A stretch of DNA of 64,000 nucleotides, from contig JBEUKZ010000130.1 in assembly GCA_048128005.1 (NCBI GenBank), positions 124,001 to 188,000 of the forward strand, in the 5' to 3' direction. The position numbers were made by a program, and so were the translations under genes. The DNA comes from Veleropilina oligotropha. Its lineage: Eukaryota. A model generated the notes under the pieces. The model saw only the letters and a list, made by a program, of their open reading frames with translations, did no database searches and was not told the DNA's origin. Below are positions 39,401-50,982 of this stretch, piece after piece (position 1 is the first letter of the stretch; each line of letters starts with the position of its first letter).

Positions 39401-42400
39401 TGATTAGGCTTTACTCCAGGTGATTAGGCTTTACTCCGGGTGATTAGGCTTTACTCCAGGTGATTAGGCTTTACTCCAGGTGATTAGGCTTTACTCCGGG
39501 TGATTAGGCTTTACTCCAGGTGATTAGGCTTTACTCCAGGTGATTAGGCTTTACTCCGGGTGATTAGGCTTTACTCCGGGTGATTAGGCTTTACTCCGGG
39601 CGATTAGGCTTTACTCCGGGTGATTAGGCTTTACTCCGGGCGATTAGGGTTTACTCCAGGTGATTAGGCTTTACTCCGGGCGATTAGGCTTTACTCCAGG
39701 TGATTAGGCTTTACTCCGGGCGATTAGGCTTTACTCCGGGCGATTAGGCTTTACTCCGGGTGATTAGGCTTTACTCCAGGTGATTAGGCTTTACTCCGGG
39801 TGATTAGGCTTTACTCCGGGTGATTAGGCTTTACTCCGGGTGATTGTGATTTACTCCAGGTGATTAGGCTTTACTCCAGGTGATTAGGCTTTACTCCAGG
39901 TGATTAGGCTTTACTCCAGGTGATTAGGCTTTACTCCGGGTGATTAGGCTTTACTCCGGGTGATTAGGCTTTACTCCAGGCGATTAGGCTTTACTCCGGG
40001 TGATTAGGCTTTACTCCAGGCGATTAGGCTTTACTCCGGGTGATTAGGCTTTACTCCGGGCGATTAGGCTTTACTCCAGGTGATTAGGCTTTACTCCGGG
40101 TGATTAGGCTTTACTCCGGGTGATTAGGCTTTACTCCAGGTGATTAGGCTTTACTCCGGGCGATTAGGCTTTACTCCAGGCGATTAGGCTTTACTCCAGG
40201 TGATTAGGCTTTACTCCAGGTGATCAGGCTTTACTCCGGGTGATTAGGCTTTACTCCAGGTGATTAGGCTTTACTCCAGGTGATTAGGCTTTACTCCAGG
40301 TGATTAGGCTTTACTCCAGGTGATTAGGCTTTACTCCAGGTGATTAGGCTTGACTCCGGGTGATTAGGCTTTACTCCGGGTGATTAGGCTTTACTCCGGG
40401 CGATTAGGCTTTACTCCAGGTGATTAGGCTTTACTCCAGGTGATTGGGCTTTACTCCAGGTGATTAGGCTTTACTCCGGGTGATTAGGCTTTACTCCAGG
40501 TGATTAGGCTTTACTCCGGGTGATTAGGCTTTACTCCGGGTGATTAGGCTTTACTCCAGGCGATTAGGCTTTACTCCGGGTGATTAGGCTTTACTCCAGG
40601 CGATTAGGCTTTACTCCGGGTGATTAGGCTTTACTCCGGGCGATTAGGCTTTACTCCAGGTGATTAGGCTTTACTCAAGGTGATTAGGCTTTGCTCCGGG
40701 TGATTAGGCTTTACTCCGGGCGATTAGGCTTTACTCCTGGTGATTAGGCTTTACTCCAGGTGATTAGGCTTTACTCCGGGTGATTAGGCTTTACTCCAGG
40801 TGATTAGGCTTTACTCCAGGTGATTAGGCTTTACTCCAGGTGATTAGGCTTTGCTCCGGGTGATTAGGCTTTACTCCGGGTGATTAGGCTTTACTCCAGG
40901 CGATTAGGCTTTACTCCGGGTGATTAGGCTTTACTCCAGGCGATTAGGCTTTACTCCGGGCGATTAGGCTTTACTCCAGGCGATTAGGCTGTACTCCGGG
41001 CGATTGGGCTTTACTCCAGGCGATTAGGCTTTACTCCAGGCGATTAGGCTTTACTCCAGGTGATTAGGCTTTACTCCAGGTGATCAGGCTTTACTCCGGG
41101 TGATTAGGCTTTACTCCGGGCGATTAGGCTTTACTCCTGGTGATTAGGCTTTACTCCAGGTGATTAGGCTTTACTCCGGGTGATTAGGCTTTACTCCAGG
41201 TGATCAGGCTTTACTCCGGGTGATTAGGCTTTACTCCAGGTGATTAGGCTTTACTCCAGGTGATTAGGCTTTACTCCAGGTGATTAGGCTTTACTCCAGG
41301 TGATTAGGCTTTACTCCAGGTGATTAGGCTTTACTCCAGGTGATTAGGCTTTACTCCAGGCGATTAGGCTTTACTCCAGGTGATTAGGCTTTACTCCAGG
41401 CGATTAGGCTTTACTCCAGGTGATTAGGCTTTGCTCCGGGTGATTAGGCTTTACTCCGGGTGATTAGGCTTTACTCCAGGCGATTAGGCTTTACTCCGGG
41501 CGATTAGGCTTTACTCCAGGCGATTAGGCTGTACTCCGGGCGATTGGGCTTTACTCCAGGTGATTAGGCTTTACTCCAGGTGATTGGGCTTTACTCCAGG
41601 TGATTAGGCTTTACTCCAGGTGATTAGGCTTTACTCCAGGCGATTAGGCTTTACTCCGGGTGATTAGGGTTTACTCCGGGTGATTAGGGTTTACTCCAGG
41701 TGATTAGGCTTTACTCCGGGCGATTAGGCTTTACTCCAGGTGATTAGGCTTTACTCCGGGTGATTAGGCTTTACTCCAGGTGATTAGGCTTTACTCCGGG
41801 CGATTAGGCTTTACTCCGGGTGATTAGGCTTTACTCCAGGGTATTAGGCTTTACTCCTGGTGATTAGGCTTTACTCCAGGTGATTAGGCTTTACTCCAGG
41901 TGATTAGGCTTTACTCCAGGTGATTAGGCTTTACTCCGGGTGATTAGGCTTTACTCCGGGTGATTAGGCTTTACTCCAGGCGATTAGGCTTTACTCCGGG
42001 TGATTAGGCTTTACTCCAGGCGATTAGGCTTTACTCCGGGTGATTAGGCTTTACTCCGGGCGATTAGGCTTTACTCCAGGTGATTAGGCTTTACTCAAGG
42101 TGATTAGGCTTTGCTCCGGGTGATTAGGCTTTACTCCGGGCGATTAGGCTTTACTCCTGGTGATTAGGCTTTACTCCAGGTGATTAGGCTTTACTCCGGG
42201 TGATTAGGCTTTACTCCAGGTGATTAGGCTTTACTCCTGGTGATTAGGCTTTACTCCAGGTGATTAGGCTTTACTCCGGGCGATTAGGCTTTACTCCAGG
42301 CGATTAGGCTTTACTCCGGGTGATTAGGCTTTACTCCGGGTGATAGGCTTTACTCCGGGTGATTAGGCTTTACTTCAGGTGATTAGGCTTTACTCCGGGT

Positions 42401-45400
42401 GATTAGGCTTTACTCCAGGCGATTAGGCTTTACTCCAGGTGATTGGGCTTTACTCCGGGCGATTAGGCTTTACTCCAGGTGATTAGGCTTTACTCCAGGT
42501 GATTAGGCTTTACTCCAGGTGATTAGGCTTTACTCCGGGTGATTAGGCTTTACTCCAGGTGATTAGGCTTTACTCCAGGTGATTAGGCTTTACTCCGGGT
42601 GATTAGGCTTTACTCCGGGTGATTAGGCTTTACTCCAGGTGATTAGGGTTTACTCCAGGCGATTAGGCTTTACTCCAGGTGATTAGGCTTTACTCCAGGT
42701 GATTAGGCTTTACTCCAGGTGATTAGGCTTTACTCCGGGTGATTAGGCTTTACTCCAGGTGATTAGGCTTTACTCCAGGTGATCAGGCTTTACTCCAGGT
42801 GATTAGGCTTTACTCCAGGTGATTAGGCTTTACTCCAGGTGATTAGGCTTTACTCCGGGTGATTAGGCTTTACTCCGGGTGATTAGGCTTTACTCCAGGT
42901 GATTAGGCTTTACTCCAGGTGATTAGGCTTTACTCCAGGTGATTAGGCTTTACTCCAGGTGATTAGGCTTTACTCCAGGTGATTAGGCTTTACTCCAGGT
43001 GATTAGGCTTTACTCCAGGTGATTAGGCTTTACTCCGGGTGATTAGGCTTTACTCCAGGTGATTAGGCTTTACTCCAGGTGATCAGGCTTTACTCCAGGT
43101 GATTAGGCTTTACTCCAGGTGATTGGGCTTTACTCCGGGCGATTAGGCTTTACTCCAGGTGATTAGGCTTTACTCCAGGTGATTAGGCTTTACTCCAGGT
43201 GATTAGGCTTTACTCCGGGTGATTAGGCTTTACTCCAGGTGATTAGGCTTTACTCCAGGTGATCAGGCTTTACTCCAGGTGATTAGGCTTTACTCCAGGT
43301 GATTGGGCTTTACTCCGGGCGATTAGGCTTTACTCCAGGTGATTAGGCTTTACTCCAGGTGATTAGGCTTTACTCCAGGTGATTAGGCTTTACTCCGGGT
43401 GATTAGGCTTTACTCCGGGTGATTAGGCTTTACTCCAGGTGATTAGGCTTTACTCCGGGTGATTAGGCTTTACTCCAGGTGATTAGGCTTTACTCCAGGT
43501 GATCAGGCTTTACTCCGGGTGATTAGGCTTTACTCCGGGTGATTAGGCTTTACTCCAGGTGATTAGGCTTTACTCCAGGTGATTGGGCTTTACTCCGGGC
43601 GATTAGGCTTTACTCCAGGTGATTAGGCTTTACTCCAGGTGATTAGGCTTTACTCCAGGTGATTAGGCTTTACTCCGGGTGATTAGGCTTTACTCCGGGT
43701 GATTAGGCTTTACTCCAGGTGATTAGGCTTTACTCCGGGTGATTAGGCTTTACTCCAGGTGATTAGGCTTTACTCCAGGTGATCAGGCTTTACTCCGGGT
43801 GATTAGGCTTTACTCCGGGTGATTAGGCTTTACTCCGGGCGATTAGGCTTTACTCCAGGTGATTAGGCTTTACTCCAGGCGATTAGGCTTTACTCCAGGT
43901 GATTAGGCTTTACTCCGGGCGATTAGGGTTTACTCCGGGTGATTAGGCTTTACTCCGGGTGATTAGGCTTTACTCCGGGTGATTAGGCTTTACTCCGGGC
44001 GATTAGGCTTTACTCCAGGTGATTAGGCTTTACTCCGGGTGATTAGGCTTTACTCCAGGTGATTAGGCTTTACTCCAGGCGATTAGGCTGTACTCCGGGT
44101 GATTAGGCTTTACTCCAGGTGATCAGGCTTTACCCCAGGCGATTAGGCTTTACTCCAGGTGATTAGGCTTTACTCCAGGTGATTAGGCTTTGCTCCAGGC
44201 GATTAGGCTTTACTCCGGGTGATTAGGGTTTACTCCAGGTGATTAGGCTTTACTCCAGGTGATTAGGCTTTACTCTGGGTGATTAGGCTTTACTCCGGGT
44301 GATTAGGCTTTACTCCAGGCGATTAGGCTGTACTCCAGGTGATTAGGCTTTACTCGAGGTGATTAGGCTTTACTCCGGGTGATTAGGCTTTACTCCAGGC
44401 GATTAGGCTTTACTCCAGGTGATTAGGCTTTACTCCGGGTGATTAGGCTTTACTCCAGGCGATTAGGCTTTACTCCGGGCGATTAGGCTTTACTCCAGGT
44501 GATTAGGCTTTACTCCGGGTGATTAGGCTTTACTCCGGGTGATTAGGCTTTACTCCAGGCGATTAGGCTTTACTCCGGGCGATTAGGCTTTACTCCAGGT
44601 GATTAGGCTTTACTCCGGGTGATTAGGCTTTACTCCAGGTGATGAGGCTTTACTCCGGGTGATTAGGCTTTACTCCAGGTGATTAGGCTTTACTCCGGGT
44701 GATTAGGCTTTACTCCAGGTGATTAGGCTTTACTCCGGGCGATTAGGCTTTACTCCAGGTGATGAGGCTTTACTCCGGGTGATTAGGCTTTACTCCAGGT
44801 GATTAGGCTTTACTCCGGTGATTAGGCTTTACTCCGGGCGATTAGGCTTTACTCCAGGTGATTAGGCTTTACTCGAGGTGATTAGGCTTTACTCCGGGTG
44901 ATTAGGCTTTACTCCAGGCGATTAGGCTTTACTCCGGGTGATTAGGCTTTACTCCGGGCGATTAGGCTTTACTCCAGGTGATTAGGCTTTACTCCAGGCG
45001 ATTAGGCTTTACTCCAGGTGATTAGGCTTTACTCCGGGTGATTAGGCTTTACTCGAGGTGATTAGGCTTTACTCCGGGTGATTAGGCTTTCCTCCAGGCG
45101 ATTAGGCTTTACTCCGGGCGATTAGGCTTTACTCCAGGTGATTAGGCTTTACTCCGGGTGATTAGGCTTTACTCCAGGCGATTAGGCTTTACGCCGGGTG
45201 ATTAGGCTTTACTCCGGGTGATTAGGCTTTACTCCAGGTGATTAGGCTTTACTCCAGGTGATTAGGCTTTACTCCGGGCGATTAGGCTTTACTCCGGGTG
45301 ATTAGGCTTCACTCCAGGTGATTGGGCTTTACTCCAGGCGATTAGGCTTTACTTCAGGTGATTAGGCTTTACTCCAGGTGATTAGGCTTTACTCCAGGTG

Positions 45401-45737
45401 ATCAGGCTTTACTCCAGGTGATTATGGTTTACTCCGGGTGATTAGGCTTTACTCCAGGCGATTAGGCTTTACTCCAGGTGATTAGGCTTTACTCCGGGCG
45501 ATTAGGCTTTACTCCGGGTGATTAGGCTTTACTCCGGGTGATAGGCTTTACTCCGGGTGATTAGGCTTTACTCCGGGCGATTAGGCTTTACTCTGGGTGA
45601 TTAGGCTTTACTCTGGGTGATTAGGCTTTACTCCGGGTGATTAGGCTTTACTCCGGGTGATTAGGCTTTACTCCGGGCGATTAGGCTTTACTCCAGGTGA
45701 TTAGGCTTTACTCCGGGCGATTAGGCTTTACTCCAGG
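33418..45737. repeat. 12.3-kb satellite, 20-bp monomer (RGGYGATTAGGCTTTACTCC), ~615 copies, in Hikeshi intron 3
   Basis: Uninterrupted array with recurrent variant positions and three single-base deletions (~42343, ~44818, ~45542). Confidence 0.99.
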
Positions 45738-45832
45738 AACAAACTGGCAAAGGACAATTTTACTTTTGACAAGCACCATACCTAAATGCTACGTACTAAT
45801 GTACATATAGCAAGAGAACTAGCATTACCTAC

Positions 45833-45937
45833 CAGACTTTAGTTTGGATACTTTAAAAATTGCACTTGGTTTGGCATTGGTTAGCTCCCCTAACAGCTGC
45901 CATGTCTGGCCACCAGGATTCGGCCAAGAGAAATACA
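45833..45937 (-). CDS. HIKESHI: Hikeshi coding exon 3
   Basis: ctttatag|TG TAT TTC ... TCT G|gtaggt. Encodes [35 protein letters not shown]. Too short for the ORF track. Confidence 0.95.
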
Positions 45938-46375
45938 CTATAAAGAGGAAATCTCATAAAAAATTGCTGGTATATATTGCTGAATATTAATTTGGACAAT
46001 AGTTCACTATAACGCCACATTACTGTTGCATCACATTAATATGCAATATAATTTTTGATCAGACGATAAAGCTAATATATGTTGAAGCAAAACAATTTAA
46101 AACTTTAATGAGACTTTCTACTAGAACCTGGGACTACTTTGCTGAATTGTCCAGATTTAAGAATCACTTTGGGTTTCAAATCATGACAGACACTTGGTTC
46201 AACATTCTTATTTGACTCTCCCTTGCTGGATTCCTGTTAAATTTGTAATGAATTTCCTTGTTGTCAATGATCAGAATGCTTCTCTCTATTAATGTTAATG
46301 ACCTAAAATTAATGAAATATTAATCCCTTCATGCTGAAATATAATTGTCCTGCTGTGCTGGGACAGACGTGAGAA

Positions 46376-47018
46376 CAGGGTACAACTGTCTCACCACAGT
46401 ATTGTGGTGGAGATGCAGGGTACAACTGTCTCACCACAGTATTGTGGTGGAGATGCAGGGTACAACTGTCTCACCACAGTATTGTGGTGGAGATGCAGGG
46501 TACAACTGTCTCACCACAGTATTGTGGTGGAGATGCAGGGTACAACTGTCTCACCACAGTATTGTGGTGGAGATGCAGGGTACAACTGTCTCACCACAGT
46601 ATTGTGGTGGAGATGCAGGGTACAACTGTCTCACCACAGTATTGTGGTGGAGATGCAGGGTACAACTGTCTCACCACAGTATTGTGGTGGAGATGCAGGG
46701 TACAACTGTCTCACCACAGTATTGTGGTGGAGATGCAGGGTACAACTGTCTCACCACAGTATTGTGGTGGAGATGCAGGGTACAACTGTCTCACCACAGT
46801 ATTGTGGTGGAGATGCAGGGTACAACTGTCTCACCACAGTATTGTGGTGGAGATGCAGGGTACAACTGTCTCACCACAGTATTGTGGTGGAGATGCAGGG
46901 TACAACTGTCTCACCACAGTATTGTGGTGGAGATGCAGGGTACAACTGTCTCACCACAGTATTGTGGTGGAGATGCAGGGTACAACTGTCTCACCACAGT
47001 ATTGTGGTGGAGATGCAG
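46376..47018. repeat. Perfect 40-bp minisatellite x16 with an internal hairpin, in Hikeshi intron 2
   Basis: Unit cagggtacaactgtctcaccacagtattgtggtggagatg. No variation seen between units. Confidence 0.98.
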
Positions 47019-47104
47019 TGTTAGGATTAACCCCATTAACATCTGCCAGATGTCATGTCACTACAGGATGCAGTTTTCGGGTTAGATTAGCTGCGTTTAT
47101 GCGT

Positions 47105-48593
47105 GTCAGGTGCCCTTTCCGCTCCACCCAGACCGTTCATGTTTATGTGCGCCGGTTGCCCATATAATACCTGCTCCACCCAGACCGTCCGTGTTTATGT
47201 GTGCCAGGCACCCTTACCAACCCCACCTAGACCGGTTTATGTGTGCCAGGCGCCCTTACCAACCCCACCTAGACCGGTTTATGTGTGCCGGGTGTCCTTA
47301 CCCTTCCCACCTAGACTGGTTTATGTGTGCCGGGTGTCCATACCCACCCCACCTAGACCGGTTTATGTGTGCCGGGTGTTCTTATCCACCCTACCCAGAG
47401 CAGTTTATGTGCTGGGTGTTCTTACCCACCCCACCCAGACCGTTCATGTTTATGTGAGCCATGTGCCCCCACCCAGACCGTCCATGTTTACATGTGACGG
47501 TGCTGTTACTCGCTCCACCCAGATCGTCCGTGTTTATGCATGCCTGGCGCCCTTACTCGCTCCACCCAAACCGTCTGTGTTTACATGTGATCGTGCTGTT
47601 ACTCGCTCCACCCAGACCGTCCGTGTTTACATGTGCCGGTATTCACTCCACCCAGACCGTCCGTGTTTATGCATGCCTGGTGCCCTTACCCACTCCACCC
47701 AGACCACCAGTGTTTATATTTGCCGGGTGCCCTTACCCGCTCCACCGGGTGCCCTTACTCGCTCCACCCAGACCGTCCGTGTTTATGCATGCGTGGTACC
47801 CTTACTCGCACCACCCAGATCGTCTGTGTTTATGTGTGCCGGTGCCCTTACTCGCTCCACCCAGACCGTCCGTGTTTATGCATGCCTGGTGCCCTTACTC
47901 GCTCCACCCAGACCATCCGTGTTTACATGTGCCGGTGCCGTTACTCGCTCCACCCAGACCATCTGTGTTTATGCATGCCTGGTGCCCTTACTCGCTCCAC
48001 CCACACCGTACGTGTTTATGCATGCCGGGTGCCCTTACCCGCTCCACCGAGTGCCCTTACTCGCTCCACCCAGACCACCCATGTTTATGCATGCCTTGTG
48101 CCCTTACCCATTCCACCCGTGTTTATATTTGCCGGGTGCCCTTACCCGCTCCACCCAGATCGTCTGTGTTTATGTGTGCCGGGTGCCCTTATTCGCTCCA
48201 CCCACACCGTCCGTGTTTATGCATGCCTGGTGCCCTTACTCACTCCACCCAGACTGCCGTGTTTATGTATGCTGGGTGCTCTTACCTGCCTCACCCAGAC
48301 GTGTTTATGCATGCCGGGTGCCCTTACCCGCTCCACCGAGTGCCCTTACTCACTCCACCCACACCATACGTGTTTATGCATGCCGGGTGCCCTTACTCGC
48401 TCCACCCAGATCGTCTGTGTTTATGTGTGCCTGGTGCCCTTACTCGCTCCACCCAGATCGTCCATGTTTACATGTGCCGGTGCCGTTACTCGCTCCACCC
48501 AGACTGCCGTGTTTATGTATGCTGGGTGCTCTTACCCGCCTCACCCAGACCGGTTTATGCATGCCGGGTGCTCTTACCTGCTCCACCCAGACC
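47105..48593. repeat. ~42-46-bp degenerate minisatellite (~35 units) overlapping the Hikeshi exon-2 3' end and splice donor
   Basis: Plus-strand unit gtgcccttactcgctccacccagaccgtccgtgtttatgcatgcc. The last unit ctcttac|ctgctccacccagacc is the real donor plus the exon end. Confidence 0.93.
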
Positions 48594-48707
48594 GTTTGGG
48601 AATGGAGTCTGGCCTGTCATGAACACCACGACGTGATTGATGGCGTCTGCGTCAGGCATGGTGAACAGAAACTGGGTGTCACTCACTTGCTGGAAGTCGG
48701 TCTGAAC
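48578..48707 (-). CDS. HIKESHI: Hikeshi coding exon 2
   Basis: tttgctcag|GTT CAG ... GCA G|gtaaga. Encodes VQTDFQQVSDTQFLFTMPDADAINHVVVFMTGQTPFPNGLGGA. Confidence 0.95.
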
Positions 48708-49087
48708 CTGAGCAAAGAAAGGAATAGTTCATGTTCAAGACATTTGTAAAATTACATCCAAATACTGACAATAACTCTGATTTTAAAGCTCTGATCACGC
48801 TCAAAATCGGTTGTGGTGGTGAAAAATCGGATTACAACTACTAGTATTTACTGTACAGGACAGTAATTTTCCGGATACAATAATTAATTTGGTCATCAAA
48901 AGTCATTTCACACCATGATAAAATTTAGTTTTCGTTGTCTTGAGAATGAATTGGTAAAATATAATGTCACCTTCCCCTTCTTAATATCCTTTACCCTCAA
49001 TGACTGGAATTTTCTGCCCGTAGATTTGTCTTGAACCTGTCTGGACAAATTCTGGCATGTTCAAGAAGGGTTATGTCCTTGCGGCTC

Positions 49088-49456
49088 AGAACTATCGACC
49101 AGTGTCATTCACATGTGTTCTAGAACTATCGACCAGTGTCATTCACATGTGTTCTAGAACTATCAACCAGTGTCATTCACATGTGTTCTAGAACTATCGA
49201 CCAGTGTCATTCACATGTGTTCTAGAACTATCGACCAGTGTCATTCACATGTGTTCTAGAACTATCGACCAGTGTCATTCACATGTGTTCTAGAACTATC
49301 GACCAGTGTCATTCACATGTGTTCTAGAACTATCGACCAGTGTCATTCACATGTGTTCTAGAACTATCGACCAGTGTCATTCACATGTGTTCTAGAACTA
49401 TCGACCAGTGTCATTCACATGTGTTCTAGAACTATCGACCAGTGTCATTCACATGT
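49088..49456. repeat. 34-bp minisatellite x~11 made from the LINE NYRPVSFTC codons
   Basis: Unit agaactatcgaccagtgtcattcacatgtgttct. LINE coding sequence resumes straight after the last unit. Confidence 0.95.
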
Positions 49457-50009
49457 TTTATGTAAAGTGCTAGAGCATATAATGAGTAAGCACATACTAA
49501 ACCATCTCGACAGACATAAAATACTGACCACCCTAAGTCATGGTTTCTGTGCAGGTGATTCATGCGAAAGACAACTCAAAACTACTAGTAACTACTGTTC
49601 ATGACATTCTGACAATGGAGCACAAATAGATATCGCGATATCATATATTAGACTTTCGATACTGTTCATTACAAGCTACTACATAAGATGTCAGTACATG
49701 TATATGGAGTTGATGAGAAAATAAATGATTGACTTAGGGATTTTCTCTGCAAACGACAGATGGAAGTGCTAGTCGAAGGCGAAGCGTCCGATCCAGTACA
49801 AATTGACTCAGGGGTACCACAGGGAATGGTCCTAGGCCCAACCCTGCTTTTATTATTCTCCCCGAATCTGCAAAATAACCAATGCGTCTCTTCGCGGACG
49901 ACTGCCTGATGTATCGACGCATTAGAACTATGGATGACTATCTCCAAATACAACTGGATCTCGAGGAACTAGTGAAGTGGACTCACTTGAGGCATGCGCT
50001 TCAATGACA

Positions 50010-50982
50010 AACTAGAGGTATGATCCTCATACGGGCCCGCCTTTTGTATATAATGCATCCATAGCGATTAAATAATCAGTAACTCTATAATAAATTTCAT
50101 AGTAACTGTCATAAAGTATATATTTTACAATAGTTCATATGACTTTGACCTTTGAAAGGTGTAGGTCTAGCGGTTCGTCTAGCTTCTATGTGACAGAAAG
50201 AAATCTTGCAAAAACATAATGGAAATACACGTAAATGACCTTGACCTTTGACCCAGTGGCCTCAACTTTTTGTATATAATGCATCCATAGAGATTAAATA
50301 ATCAATAACTCTATAATAAATTTCATAGTAACTGTCATAAAGTATATATTTTACAATAGTTCATATGACCTTGACCTTTGACCCAATGATCCCATCTTTG
50401 AACTTGGGCAAGGCCTGATGGTACAGAAGGTGCATACCAAATATGAAAAGCGTAGGTCCAGCGGTTCATCTTCTATGTGACAGAAAGCAATGTTCCAAGT
50501 CAAGAACGGAAATACACGAAAATGACCTTGATCTTTGACCGGTCCTAGGCCTTATGCAAGGCCTGATGGTACACAAGGTGTATACCAAATACGAAAAGCG
50601 TAGGTCCAGCGGTTCGTCTTCTATGTGACAGAAAGCAATGTTCCAAGTCAAGAACGGAAATACACGAAAATGACCTTGACCTTTGACCCAGTGACCCCAT
50701 CTTTGAACTTAGGCAAGGCCTGATGGTATACATGGTGTATACCAAATAGGAAAAGCATCGGTCAAGCGGTTCGTCTTTTATGTGACAGAAAGCAATCTTC
50801 CAAGTCAAGAACGGAAATACATGAAAATGACCTTGACCTTTGACCCAGTGACCCCATCTTTGCACATGAAAAGCATCGGTCAAGCGGTTCATCTTCTATG
50901 TGACAGAAAGCGATCAGCAGACGCCAATGCCCACGGATGCCAATCCACGACTATCTAGCCCTGCCAAACAGGCAGGCCAAAA
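50010..50982. mobile_element. Helentron/HINE-like element inserted into the CR1 remnant
   Basis: aactagagg start, tgaccttgacctttgacc units and a terminal hairpin cctgcc..ggcagg. Removing it restores LINE sequence ...ttcaatgaca-aaaaatgctacatcatg. Confidence 0.7.

Noticed and set aside
33418..45737. Telomere-like array (TTAGGC, occasional TTAGGG)
   Set aside because: The hexamer is only part of a 20-bp unit that aligns to the SINE body. It is not a tandem hexamer tract.
46376..47018. CRISPR-like array (palindromic ~40-bp repeats)
   Set aside because: Units are head-to-tail with no unique spacers, there are no cas genes, and the context is an intron of a eukaryotic gene.
46345..48749. Long Cys/Pro-rich ORFs (206-548 aa) on the plus strand
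   Set aside because: They are open in several frames because the repeat units lack stops, and they lie antisense to Hikeshi intron 2 and exon 2.
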